Shown here: in pieces, positions 39,093-48,742 of the stretch
Position numbering within the stretch: the first letter of the stretch is position 1
Layout: each line of letters starts with the position of its first letter
Virus record (IMG/VR): IMGVR_UViG_3300019124_000001
Coordinates: 32,001 to 96,000 of that record
DNA: 64,000 nucleotides
Strand: one strand, 5' to 3'
Origin: a virus
Lineage: Duplodnaviria > Caudoviricetes
The notes under the pieces: model-generated
The model's database searches: none
Told to the model about the DNA's origin: nothing
What the model saw: only the letters and a program-made list of their open reading frames with translations
Program-made: the position numbers and the translations under genes

Positions 39093-39901
39093 AATTTGAC
39101 CTGATTTCCGATATTCATATTGACTTTTATGTTAATATCTGCAAACCCGAATACAAAATGCGAAGGCGTATATCGGAGTTTGTAACATCAATTCTTCCAG
39201 ATGTACCATCTGACACTTTGGCTATCTGTGGCGATATTGGTCACTATAACAGTCAGAACGTAATGTTGCTGGAAGAATTGAGAAAACATTATCAAAATAT
39301 TGTGCTTGTGTTCGGAAACCACGACTTGTATTTGGTGTCCAACAACGCAAGAGGGAAGTATAGAAGAAATTCTCTCTTACGATTGGAAGAAATGAAAGTA
39401 TTAGCTTCCGCAATCGAAGGGGTTTATATCCTCGATGGGAATGTTGTTGAATTGGACGGAATCAAATTTGGCGGTTGTATCATGTGGTACGACTTCTCTT
39501 ATGTCGTACAAGAACTTGGATTGAAAATTGAAAATGCCAAGTATTGTTGGCGTACAGAGTCGAACGATAGTAGGCTTATCGCTGGATTCCCACTCAATGT
39601 GACGGAAATGTTCGAGAAAGAAAAGTCGAAGTTTGACAATATTCTATGTAACAGTGATGTAATTTTGACACATGTTGGAGGAGAGTGGAGTCATTGTGAT
39701 CCACGATTCAAAACTGAGCTTTCTACGAGTTTGTACTACTTTGATGGGAAGCCTTGGATGAACAAGCTAAAAGGTAAAATCTGGTGTTTTGGTCATGATC
39801 ATTATAGACGAGATTACACATTAAACGATTGTCGTTATGTGAATGGTGCATTGGGTTATCCTGACGAAAATAATGGATGCAAAATCGTTACCGTGACTTA
39901 A
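39089..39901 (+). CDS. Calcineurin-like metallophosphoesterase
   Basis: SDIH, GDI, GNHD, TH, GHDH. Confidence 0.88.
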   Translation: MKFDLISDIHIDFYVNICKPEYKMRRRISEFVTSILPDVPSDTLAICGDIGHYNSQNVMLLEELRKHYQNIVLVFGNHDLYLVSNNARGKYRRNSLLRLEEMKVLASAIEGVYILDGNVVELDGIKFGGCIMWYDFSYVVQELGLKIENAKYCWRTESNDSRLIAGFPLNVTEMFEKEKSKFDNILCNSDVILTHVGGEWSHCDPRFKTELSTSLYYFDGKPWMNKLKGKIWCFGHDHYRRDYTLNDCRYVNGALGYPDENNGCKIVTVT

Positions 39902-39923
39902 AACATAACAGGAGAGTGCGACC

Positions 39924-40208
39924 ATGACAAAAATGTGGGAAGAACTGAAAGTAAGAATAACAGATACTTCTAAAGATTTTGAGACTAGTCTTGCCGATAA
40001 GCAGACTTATGACTATGTGTTGTATCTAATGGAAGAGATCGAAAAGAAGCATGGTCAATCTGAATCTTATCTTGTAAGTATCCCGCAAGAAGAGTATGAC
40101 AAACTCAAAGAAGAAGTGGCGTTCTTGGAATGCTTACGAGCTTGCGGGGTAGACAATTGGGAAGCCTACAGCGAAGCGCGAACTATGATGAGAGAAAGCA
40201 TTTCTTAA
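39924..40208 (+). CDS. Phage protein with FL.CL.A.GVDNW.GY-type motif
   Basis: Common phage C-terminal motif. Confidence 0.65.
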   Translation: MTKMWEELKVRITDTSKDFETSLADKQTYDYVLYLMEEIEKKHGQSESYLVSIPQEEYDKLKEEVAFLECLRACGVDNWEAYSEARTMMRESIS

Positions 40209-40239
40209 ATCACTATAACAGCGGAGGGAGCTAGTTACC

Positions 40240-40866
40240 ATGAAACTTGGGACGACTGAATCGACAATGATTCTGAATCTTCTGAATCAACTGGATGTTC
40301 AGAAGTGTATTGATAATTCGTATAAAAACCATCATGCAAAAGGTCTGAATTACATCAATCTTTTTCGCGACCCTAACCTGACGATCAAGCTGTACTTTCT
40401 GGACGAAAATGTTCATAAGAATCTTAATAGCGAAGGTTTGCTTGTTATGCCCCACACTCACGCCTATCACTTTCAAACAGTTGTGATTTATGGCGCTATT
40501 CGACATGTTGTGTATAAAGAAGATAAGAAATTGTCAGGTCAACATCCTTGGCTATCTTATAAATATGATAGCCGCAAAGAGCCACAAGAGCGCTTTTCTG
40601 CACCGATGGTAACAGGCTTGACAATTGATAGCATAAACACATACAACCGTGGAGAAAGTTATTATGTAGACCCGTACATGATTCACAGCTTGATCCCAAC
40701 GCAAAAGTCAACTTGCTTAATTCTTTTTCAGTATGCAAATCAAAGAACAATTACAGAGTTCTATCAGCCTGTCAATTCAGAACTTCCGAAATTCGACGGA
40801 ATCTATGAGCGGTTCACGCCGCAAGAGATCGTATTTTTTGCAAAGGAAGTATTGAAGCATATTTGA
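40240..40866 (+). CDS. Cupin-fold (cysteine dioxygenase-like) protein
   Basis: PHTHAYHF...G.I.H; GESYY....IHSL. Confidence 0.6.
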   Translation: MKLGTTESTMILNLLNQLDVQKCIDNSYKNHHAKGLNYINLFRDPNLTIKLYFLDENVHKNLNSEGLLVMPHTHAYHFQTVVIYGAIRHVVYKEDKKLSGQHPWLSYKYDSRKEPQERFSAPMVTGLTIDSINTYNRGESYYVDPYMIHSLIPTQKSTCLILFQYANQRTITEFYQPVNSELPKFDGIYERFTPQEIVFFAKEVLKHI

Positions 40867-41056
40867 ATAACAATAAAGGAATTGTCAGACAATTCGGTAA
40901 AATCTTGTATGTCTGCATTCCTCGGCGGCTTGGTATTTAGCACAATAACAATTTTGTTTCTATTATATGTTTTTGCAAAATAGTTGTTGACATCTGATAA
41001 TTATGTATGGTAAGATATAACCATCAAGAGGAAAAACAAACCAAGTTTTCGACAAA

Positions 41057-43126
41057 TTGCCAAATGAGGTGTGCAAATTGAAAAACGACAAAAACATGAT
41101 CGTCAACAATGTTAACGGAAACTTCCCGCATTTCAGCGAAACTATCCAAGCGAGATTCGCAACATTTAGGGACAAGCCCCTCTTCACCACCAGCGCAGAT
41201 GGTCTTTTCGATGTTTTTCTTGACAATCTGCCGCAAGAAGCTCGCCAAGAATACACTTGCAACTGCTGTAAGCATTTCGTCAATCGCTTCGGTGGGCTTG
41301 TATCAATCTCTGAAACAGGTGAGATTAGCTCTGTCCTGTGGGATGATGAGGAAACCCCAGAATTCTTCGCACAGGCAGTAAAAGCCATGAAACGCATTGT
41401 TCTGAATGCACGTGTGAACGGAGTGTTTTTGTCGAAAGAAAAGACACTTGGCTATCCGACTTCTGGCGGTTGGGAGCATATGAATGTAGCCATCCCCGCT
41501 TCTGCGCCTAGCATCAATCGTTCTCGCGTTTACTCCGCAGAACAAGAAATGGCGAAAAAGCGCGAAGAGTTTGGAATGTTGACTCGTGGACTATTGGAGT
41601 ATCCGCTAAATGTAGTCGATCAAGCGGTAACACTGCTTGAATCAGAAGCCCTCCACAGGGGTGATCGCTATCTTGGCGTTGCGAAGTTCTTGCAAGAACT
41701 GCATAACAAGCGCAACAATGCCAAAAACAGCCGAATCCGTGATAATGTCACTTGGTTGGCTGTCGCCACTGCTCCGTCTGGATTTGCTCATGTTAAAAGC
41801 AGTATGATCGGAACACTTCTCGATGACATTGCTAGCGGCATGTCTTTCGAAGATGTGAGTCAAAGATTCAAGGAAAAAATGAATCCATCTCGCTATAATC
41901 GGGCACAAGTCGCTCCGTCTGCTGGAAATATTAAGCAAGCTGAAAAAATCGTCGCAGAATATGGAATCGCAGAATCGCTGAGTCGTCGTTATGCACGATA
42001 CGAAGAAATTCCGCAATTCCTCTGGCAAGGGAAGGATATTTCAGCGAAAGCTGACGCAAAAACTGGCGGTGTTTTTGGCAACATCAAACCGAAAGAGAAG
42101 CAAAACAATGTTGCAAACGATGTTCTGAATATGCCGCAAAAATTGATGACTTGGGAGAAGTTTCAACGAGAAGTTCTTCCGACAGCGAAAAGCATTGAAG
42201 TTATGTTGGACAACCCGAACCGATTTATGGCTCTGGTTACAGCTTCAAAGGCAGATGCTCCGAATATCCTGCAATGGAGCAATTCGTTCTCTTGGTACTA
42301 TCACGGTGGCATCGACGGGGATATTGCTGAACGTGTGAAAAACGCTGGCGGTCAATACCTCAACAACGATATTCGCGCATCTCTCGCTTGGGATAATTGC
42401 ACAGACCTTGACCTTCATTGCATTACTCCGAACGGAGTTGAAATCAGCTATAGGAATAAAAGAGTAGGTAATGGTTGGTTGGACGTAGATGCAAATGCTG
42501 GCGGTTGTCATACCATGAAACCTGTCGAAAACATCCGTTGGAGTCGTGGGCTTGCGCCGAACGGCAGATATCAATTCTTTGTCAATAATTTCCAAGAGCG
42601 CGGTGAAGGGAAGACTTCGTTCCGACTTGAACTGGAAATTGACGGAAAAATTTATACCACAAGTGGCTCTTTGCGGAACAATGAGAAGGTTACTGTGTTT
42701 ACTTTTGAATACATCAAGGGGCAAGAACCGCGCTTTATCGGTTCCGTCAACCAAAACTATGTGTCTGACGATGCTTGGAATGTTCCCCTTAATCGTTTCG
42801 TTAAGGTAAAAGGCATCACCGAATCACCGAATCTTTGGGGAGAAAACAACGTCCGACATGCAGGACACCACATCTTCTTCTTGCTCGAAGGTTGTAAAGA
42901 CCTGTCTGAAGGCAAGGGAAGAGGATTCTTCACGGAATCCCTCAAACCTGAGTTTCGTGAAATTCGTAAAACTCTGGAAGCATATACCGCAAGTACTCCG
43001 ATTGAAGGCGCTGACACTGCATCAGCATGTGGTGTAGGCTATTCCAAGGACAGCGAATGGAATGTTGTTGTAAGAGTCACTTCTGGCAACGTTACGCGAC
43101 TGATCAAGATCGACCGTTGGGACTAG
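41057..43126 (+). CDS. Large conserved phage protein with YfaP/DUF2135-like domain (start probably 41078-41096)
   Basis: CNCCK.F; L.W....DLDLH...P.G..I.Y.NK...G.LDVDAN....PVENI.W. Confidence 0.75.
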   Translation: MPNEVCKLKNDKNMIVNNVNGNFPHFSETIQARFATFRDKPLFTTSADGLFDVFLDNLPQEARQEYTCNCCKHFVNRFGGLVSISETGEISSVLWDDEETPEFFAQAVKAMKRIVLNARVNGVFLSKEKTLGYPTSGGWEHMNVAIPASAPSINRSRVYSAEQEMAKKREEFGMLTRGLLEYPLNVVDQAVTLLESEALHRGDRYLGVAKFLQELHNKRNNAKNSRIRDNVTWLAVATAPSGFAHVKSSMIGTLLDDIASGMSFEDVSQRFKEKMNPSRYNRAQVAPSAGNIKQAEKIVAEYGIAESLSRRYARYEEIPQFLWQGKDISAKADAKTGGVFGNIKPKEKQNNVANDVLNMPQKLMTWEKFQREVLPTAKSIEVMLDNPNRFMALVTASKADAPNILQWSNSFSWYYHGGIDGDIAERVKNAGGQYLNNDIRASLAWDNCTDLDLHCITPNGVEISYRNKRVGNGWLDVDANAGGCHTMKPVENIRWSRGLAPNGRYQFFVNNFQERGEGKTSFRLELEIDGKIYTTSGSLRNNEKVTVFTFEYIKGQEPRFIGSVNQNYVSDDAWNVPLNRFVKVKGITESPNLWGENNVRHAGHHIFFLLEGCKDLSEGKGRGFFTESLKPEFREIRKTLEAYTASTPIEGADTASACGVGYSKDSEWNVVVRVTSGNVTRLIKIDRWD

Positions 43127-43164
43127 TGTGTCGTTGACAAACAAAAACTATGTATGATATTATA

Positions 43165-43233
43165 ATTTCAGAAGGTCGGCGCACGATAAAACGCTCAAAG
43201 GCTGATAACCTTTGAAAAACGACCTTCTGAAAT
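43165..43233 (+). ncRNA. Candidate small structured RNA (three-way junction)
   Basis: Own promoter (43134-43163), 14-bp closing stem, two GATAA-loop hairpins, no ORF. Confidence 0.5.
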
Positions 43234-43479
43234 ATTTCCAAATTGTCGTTGACAAACAACAACTATGTTTGGTAAGATAGGAATATGAGAGAGGTGGACT
43301 AAGTGTTTTGGTATGGAGTAGCAACCACGATTCTATGTGTTGCGCGTGTGGCAGTAGCAGTAACACGAAACAAGCCGCCAGCCGAACGTCTTGGAAATTT
43401 TCTTGGCGAAGCAACGATAGCAGGATTCGTTGCAACAGCTACGGTTTTGTTGAAGTAACAACAAAGGGGAGGAAACAAG

Positions 43480-43707
43480 GTGACTAGGACGCAATCTTAT
43501 CTGAATGGGTTACACACGAAACAACTTCTACAACTCAGAGATCGCATTCAAGCAAGCGGAGACACGTTGTATCATGTTGAAGAAGCTGGCTTGGATGTAA
43601 CGAAAGAAGAAGTCAAACATGTTCTTGCGACTCGCGAACATGTACCGAACAAGCAGGAAGCTCGTCTGATTCGCCAAGAAAAGGCGAAGGGAGGACGTGC
43701 AAAATGA
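43480..43707 (+). CDS. Phage protein (K.VLATREHVPNK.E family)
   Basis: GGAGG RBS; conserved motif. Confidence 0.65.
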   Translation: MTRTQSYLNGLHTKQLLQLRDRIQASGDTLYHVEEAGLDVTKEEVKHVLATREHVPNKQEARLIRQEKAKGGRAK

Positions 43708-44348
43708 ACAAAATCACAGTAACAAACATGATTGTTGTTGCTGTACTCGCGCTGGTAGCTTGGTACACTTCAGCATCAACAATCGAAATTTTGGGCGCAC
43801 TCACTGGTCTTATCTGTGTGTGGGCTTACGGCAGACAATACATTTGGACGGCAACAATCGCGGGTGTGGCGAACGTTCTAGCTTGGACGTACATGTTCTA
43901 TGAGGTAAGGCTGTACGCAGAAATGACCCTGCAAATTGCATTCTTCTTGCCGCTCACGATTTACGGATTGTACTTTTGGTTATCTAATCGAAAAAATGGT
44001 GATAAGGTAGCGCGTACACGATATGCGACCAAAAAAGAAAAATATGATGCTTTGATTTACTTTCTGATCGGTTCTGCTGTATGGGCGATTGTCCTGTCAA
44101 CCGCGACAGATTCTTCTCTACCTTGGGTAGACGCACCGTTGGCGGTAGCACAAATTATTGCTCAGTTGTTCCTGTCTCGTAAAATTCTTGGAAACTGGCT
44201 TTGGTGGATTGCAGTTGATCTGATCATGATTGGAATTCTGGCCTATAAGGACTTGTATCTGACGGCTGGCTTGTATGGCGTGTTCCTAATCAATGCAATC
44301 GTAAGCTATATTTCTTGGAAGCGACAAGGTGTAGAGCGCACCTTGTAA
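43704..44348 (+). CDS. pnuC: Nicotinamide riboside transporter PnuC
   Basis: Multi-TM; LYAEM.LQ, YG.Y.W, PWVDA, AQ...SRK...NW.WWI.VD, Y..W. Confidence 0.9.
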   Translation: MNKITVTNMIVVAVLALVAWYTSASTIEILGALTGLICVWAYGRQYIWTATIAGVANVLAWTYMFYEVRLYAEMTLQIAFFLPLTIYGLYFWLSNRKNGDKVARTRYATKKEKYDALIYFLIGSAVWAIVLSTATDSSLPWVDAPLAVAQIIAQLFLSRKILGNWLWWIAVDLIMIGILAYKDLYLTAGLYGVFLINAIVSYISWKRQGVERTL

Positions 44349-44391
44349 AAATATACCGACAAACAACAACTATGTATGGTTCGCCAATATA

Positions 44392-44733
44392 TTGGTGCTA
44401 CCGATAACTGAGGAGGAAATTAAAGTGGATGAACGAAAATATGAAGCCGCAATACGTATTGAATACGAAAAAGCACAACACGCAGTAGAGGTTTGTCGAA
44501 AACACTTGCAAAAGAATGACGGGAAAGAATCCGCTTATTACTTGATCGCTCTAAGGTTATTGGTAAAGTTTGAATCTGTTGCAAAAATCAAAGCATATGA
44601 AGCGATTTTGAGCGACAAACACGTTCCTTTGATTGATGTAATGATTGGAGGGATTATACAGATGAAAACTGACCTCCAAAAAGAATCGGGGATCGACTGG
44701 CGAGACATCTACCACCATGTTCGACTTTATTGA
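44392..44733 (+). CDS. Hypothetical protein (start probably GTG near 44425)
   Basis: AGGAGG RBS. Confidence 0.55.
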   Translation: MVLPITEEEIKVDERKYEAAIRIEYEKAQHAVEVCRKHLQKNDGKESAYYLIALRLLVKFESVAKIKAYEAILSDKHVPLIDVMIGGIIQMKTDLQKESGIDWRDIYHHVRLY

Positions 44734-44855
44734 TTCAAATTCATATATTACTACCAATTCCCGATAAGGGATTAACATAGATTGCATTTTCACATAAATC
44801 ATCGTAAAACACCAAAATTCATAGTGCTAGAGGGCACAACAGGAGGAAACTACCA

Positions 44856-45926
44856 ATGTCTAACAATCAACAACTCGTTTCTGAAATCGAAGCAGTAAAA
44901 TCCAACACTGCAAAAACAATCATGTTAGAACTGCTGAATCGTTCGAAAGAAGCTCTGGAAGCAAAGGCTGTAACGGTTGACCTGACAGCGGAGGTTGATG
45001 CGGCTTTACTGAAGAAATCTATCGAAAAAGCTGACGATCTAACTAGCTCCGAACTTGGCGTACTTCTTGCGCAAGGACAGCAAAAAGTAGTATCTGGATT
45101 CGAAGCAATCGGAAAGTTGTTGTTGGAAGCTGGCGAAGACTATAAGAAATTGGTGTTCGCTCGTGATGCTGTCAAGTCTGAAATCGAAAATCTGACCAAG
45201 ACGAAAGCAGAATTGCTGACTCTGCAACAGGTAGTAAACGCTCGTATTATTGCTGAAGCGGAGAAAAAAGAAGTTCTGGCGAAACTTGATGGCGATATTG
45301 AAGCTACCAAAAAACTGATTGACGATATGAAGGATATCGCGAACTCTGAAATCGAACAACTGAAGGCTGATGCAAAGAAAGAACGTGATCGTGTAGAAGC
45401 AGAATTTAAGGCACAACACGAATTCGACAAAAAGCAAGCAAAACTGTCTCTAAAAGACGAACTGGATGATATGCGCCGTGCAGAGCAGGTGAAAATCGAC
45501 AACGAAAAAGCAAAACTGAAAGCTGAGTCTGAAGCTCTTGACAAGCGGGAAAAGGAAATGGGTGACACCGTTAAGCGGATTCAAGATTTGGAACAAAAAA
45601 TTATTGATCTGCAAGAGTATCAGACTAAAGCAATCATCAATGCGGTTGAAGCAAAAGAAGAAGAACTGAAGAAGGAGTTCAAGTACGAAAAAGACCTTCT
45701 GATCCAACAAAAGGCGAACGAGATCGTCGTTCTGACTCGCGAAAACGAGATGCAAGCAGAAATCATCGAAGACCTGAAACTTCAAATCAAGAAGCTGGAA
45801 CAATCCCAAGCTAACGCGTATTCCAACGTCCAAGCGATGGCTACAAAAGTGGCTGAAGCGGCTGGTTCCCAAAAAGTTAACGTCAACGTTCCGTCCGCTG
45901 GTTCTTCTGAAGCCAACAAACGATAA
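44856..45926 (+). CDS. Long coiled-coil protein
   Basis: Heptad-rich E/K/L/A sequence; strong RBS. Confidence 0.75.
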   Translation: MSNNQQLVSEIEAVKSNTAKTIMLELLNRSKEALEAKAVTVDLTAEVDAALLKKSIEKADDLTSSELGVLLAQGQQKVVSGFEAIGKLLLEAGEDYKKLVFARDAVKSEIENLTKTKAELLTLQQVVNARIIAEAEKKEVLAKLDGDIEATKKLIDDMKDIANSEIEQLKADAKKERDRVEAEFKAQHEFDKKQAKLSLKDELDDMRRAEQVKIDNEKAKLKAESEALDKREKEMGDTVKRIQDLEQKIIDLQEYQTKAIINAVEAKEEELKKEFKYEKDLLIQQKANEIVVLTRENEMQAEIIEDLKLQIKKLEQSQANAYSNVQAMATKVAEAAGSQKVNVNVPSAGSSEANKR

Positions 45927-45988
45927 CTATGTATGGTAAAGGAGGGGCTTTTGCCCCTCTAATACATTACATAAGGGAGGTAGCAATA

Positions 45989-46303
45989 GTGGAAGGTGTA
46001 AAATTGCCAACGCTTGAAGACTTTTTAAACGCATTTGAAGCTACTGGATTAAAACCCGTGCAGGGCATTACGTACAAAAGTGGCTGTGCATGTGCTCTTG
46101 GCGCACTATATGCACAAAAAGGTTTTGCATTTACGCTAGATATATTTCGTCAGGCTGAAAGAGATTTTGGTGGAGATTTTGTTGATGGATTCGTTCATGG
46201 TTTTGATGATCTAATTCTTGATCCACGAATTTTCATTAATGAAAATTTTAGAAAAGGTTACGATCTTGGAAAATCCGTATGGAAGAAGGTTAGCACAAAA
46301 TGA
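45989..46303 (+). CDS. Hypothetical protein; paralogue of 51254-51614
   Basis: GTG after GGGAGG; CAC.LG...GF.HGFD. Confidence 0.65.
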   Translation: MEGVKLPTLEDFLNAFEATGLKPVQGITYKSGCACALGALYAQKGFAFTLDIFRQAERDFGGDFVDGFVHGFDDLILDPRIFINENFRKGYDLGKSVWKKVSTK

Positions 46304-47337
46304 AGCGTGGACTCGTATTTGGGAAATTCATGCCTTTGCATAAAGGACATCAATTATTGATTGAAACTGGTATCTCCAACTGCGACGAATTGACTGTCGT
46401 TGTTTGCTCTCTGCCCACTGAACCAATTGACGGAAATCTCCGTTATGAATGGACTAAGAAGTTGTACGGTGACAAGGCGAAGGTCTTTCATTTAAATAAG
46501 GCGAATCTGCCGCAAGTGCCAGAAGAATGTGCAAGCGAAGAAGAATTTTACGGGATATGGAGAGATGAGATGCTACAATTTGTCGAGGGCGGAAAAGTCG
46601 ATATTCTGTTCACTTCGGAGGACTATGGCGATATAACAGCCAAGTATTTTGAATGCGAACACATGGAAGTTAACAAAGCTCGCGACATTGTGCCCGTGTC
46701 TGGAACTGCTTGTAGAACTAATCCATACGCCAATTGGCAATACATGCACCCGATGGTACGTACCTATTTCACCAAGTCCGTATTAGTAATTGGTGGAGAA
46801 TCTACAGGTAAGTCCACTCTTACTAAAAATCTCGAAGAGTACTACTTAAACAATGGGATCAGGGCATACGGTATTCAAGAATATGCCCGCCATTGGATTG
46901 ATACTCGTCTCGATGGTGACATGGACAAGCTCCAATTTAAACATATAACCCTGTTTGGTACAACTCAAATGAGCAGAGTTCGATACTATCAACAGAATGG
47001 GGTTAATCAGCTAGTCATTTCAGATACCGATGCAATCGTGTCTTCTGTTTTTCAACAATTGTATTTTGGGAAAATTGATCAAGCTCTGATAGACGAAGCA
47101 GACTTGGAGAAATTTGATCTGGCTCTATTGCTTTATCCTGATGTTCCGTGGGTAAATGACGGGCAACGCAATCTTGGAGAATGGGCTATGCGTATGAACG
47201 TGTTTGAGATGCTTCGATTCGAATTAAGTAAACGGAATATCCCGTATGTTATAGTTAAGGGTGAATGGGGTGCCAGATTCAAAACTGCCACACGTGCTAT
47301 CAATGATCTCATTGGAATAAAGGTGGACGATATCTGA
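46300..47337 (+). CDS. nadR: NadR-type bifunctional NMN adenylyltransferase / ribosylnicotinamide kinase
   Basis: GKFMPLHKGH, VSGT..R.NP...W, GGESTGKSTL, EYAR, DTD, PDVPWV.DG.R. Confidence 0.92.
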   Translation: MKRGLVFGKFMPLHKGHQLLIETGISNCDELTVVVCSLPTEPIDGNLRYEWTKKLYGDKAKVFHLNKANLPQVPEECASEEEFYGIWRDEMLQFVEGGKVDILFTSEDYGDITAKYFECEHMEVNKARDIVPVSGTACRTNPYANWQYMHPMVRTYFTKSVLVIGGESTGKSTLTKNLEEYYLNNGIRAYGIQEYARHWIDTRLDGDMDKLQFKHITLFGTTQMSRVRYYQQNGVNQLVISDTDAIVSSVFQQLYFGKIDQALIDEADLEKFDLALLLYPDVPWVNDGQRNLGEWAMRMNVFEMLRFELSKRNIPYVIVKGEWGARFKTATRAINDLIGIKVDDI

Positions 47338-47576
47338 TGAATAATTTAAAGCGTTTGATATTTATACCGTTAGCAATAGCTTTTTGCTTTTTGGCTATAT
47401 TGATGTGGAAAGTTATGCTGTTTCTTGCTACAGTTGTTGTTTTAGGGATAATGGGATTCGCGTTCCTTGTTTGGTTGAGCTTACATGTTGATTCGATATA
47501 TCAATGGTTACACAAAGACAAAGAAAGTCTTATTCATCTAATAGCTGAAGAAATAGAAGATTTCTTAACGACTTAA
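47337..47576 (+). CDS. Small membrane protein
   Basis: Hydrophobic. Confidence 0.5.
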   Translation: MNNLKRLIFIPLAIAFCFLAILMWKVMLFLATVVVLGIMGFAFLVWLSLHVDSIYQWLHKDKESLIHLIAEEIEDFLTT

Positions 47577-47591
47577 CAGGAGGGAACTACA

Positions 47592-48089
47592 ATGAGTACA
47601 ATTTTTTTGGAAAACATCAATAAACGAATTGAACACGAAATGAAGACTGGCGACTCTATTGCACTAAATACTTTTCGTGGATTGAAAGCCGCAATTGAAA
47701 AAGCTCGAACCGATAAGCGGAATATCGGAAAGGAGCTGGATTATGAAGCCATTGTGCGTAGTGAACTGAAGACGTACACAGAATTTATCGACATTGTAAC
47801 AAAACAAGGCAAACAAGAGGAACATGTTAACGCGATTCAAGATAAACGCTATAGCATTTCATTGCTACAAGCTCTCCTTCCGAAACAAATGGATAAGATG
47901 AAGATTCAGAAGATTGTTCGCCAAGTTATGAAAGAACAGAGTATCAATGATAAAAAACAGAAGGGCATCCTTATGAAACATCTGATGCCTCACGTAAAAG
48001 GCAAGGCAGATGGCAAGCTCGTGAATTCTGTCGTTGACGAGTTCTTTGATCTACTCGACAAAAAACTGGAAACGCTGATGGTGGACTAG
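47592..48089 (+). CDS. GatB/YqeY domain protein
   Basis: MK.GD......R.LK, LPKQM, G.LMK.LMP.VKGKADGKLVN. Confidence 0.85.
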   Translation: MSTIFLENINKRIEHEMKTGDSIALNTFRGLKAAIEKARTDKRNIGKELDYEAIVRSELKTYTEFIDIVTKQGKQEEHVNAIQDKRYSISLLQALLPKQMDKMKIQKIVRQVMKEQSINDKKQKGILMKHLMPHVKGKADGKLVNSVVDEFFDLLDKKLETLMVD

Positions 48090-48090
48090 T

Positions 48091-48336
48091 ATGAAACAAT
48101 GGTTTGGCAAGTGGTTTTATAAAATTCTTGGGTGGATTGGCATGGCAGAGGGTGTTATTCACATTGTGGTCGGTCTTTTCTCTTTGTGGGGTGCTTCCTC
48201 TGTGGATACAACTACCATGTCAACCATTCAAGTTGCCGCATTATTCACAGCACCATACGAAAATTTGTTCTTCGGCGTTGTTGCTCTGACGCAAGGACTT
48301 GTAATTCACAAAAAATTAGGACAACATCACCACTAG
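48091..48336 (+). CDS. Small membrane protein
   Basis: Hydrophobic; HHH tail. Confidence 0.5.
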   Translation: MKQWFGKWFYKILGWIGMAEGVIHIVVGLFSLWGASSVDTTTMSTIQVAALFTAPYENLFFGVVALTQGLVIHKKLGQHHH

Positions 48337-48436
48337 TCCGACCAAATCAAAAAACAGTTGACAAACGATAGGTATGTCTGCTATACTAAAAATAGTAGAT
48401 AACCTATCGTTTTTAGTTGAGAGGAGAATTGCCGTC

Positions 48437-48742
48437 ATGAATCGCGAATGGATGTTACATCCATCAGTAGTAGAAATTGTAAATGATTTTTACAAAGAAA
48501 ACATCAAAACATTCGCAGATGTTTTTAATGTGTTCTATCCCTATATGTCAGGCATTGAGAAAACCAAGAAAGCCGTTCTCTTACCTTTGCCAACAAGCAA
48601 TAGCAAGACCACACTTTGGTTTGATTTTTATGTAAAACAACGTCAAAAATATGGGGATAAGGGATATTCTCACTTCGCAGTTATCTTTGATTTTGAAGGA
48701 GGCTTCAATCGTGCAAATCGACTTGAACAACTCAATTCCTGA
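48437..48742 (+). CDS. Hypothetical protein
   Basis: ATG after GAGGAG. Confidence 0.55.
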   Translation: MNREWMLHPSVVEIVNDFYKENIKTFADVFNVFYPYMSGIEKTKKAVLLPLPTSNSKTTLWFDFYVKQRQKYGDKGYSHFAVIFDFEGGFNRANRLEQLNS

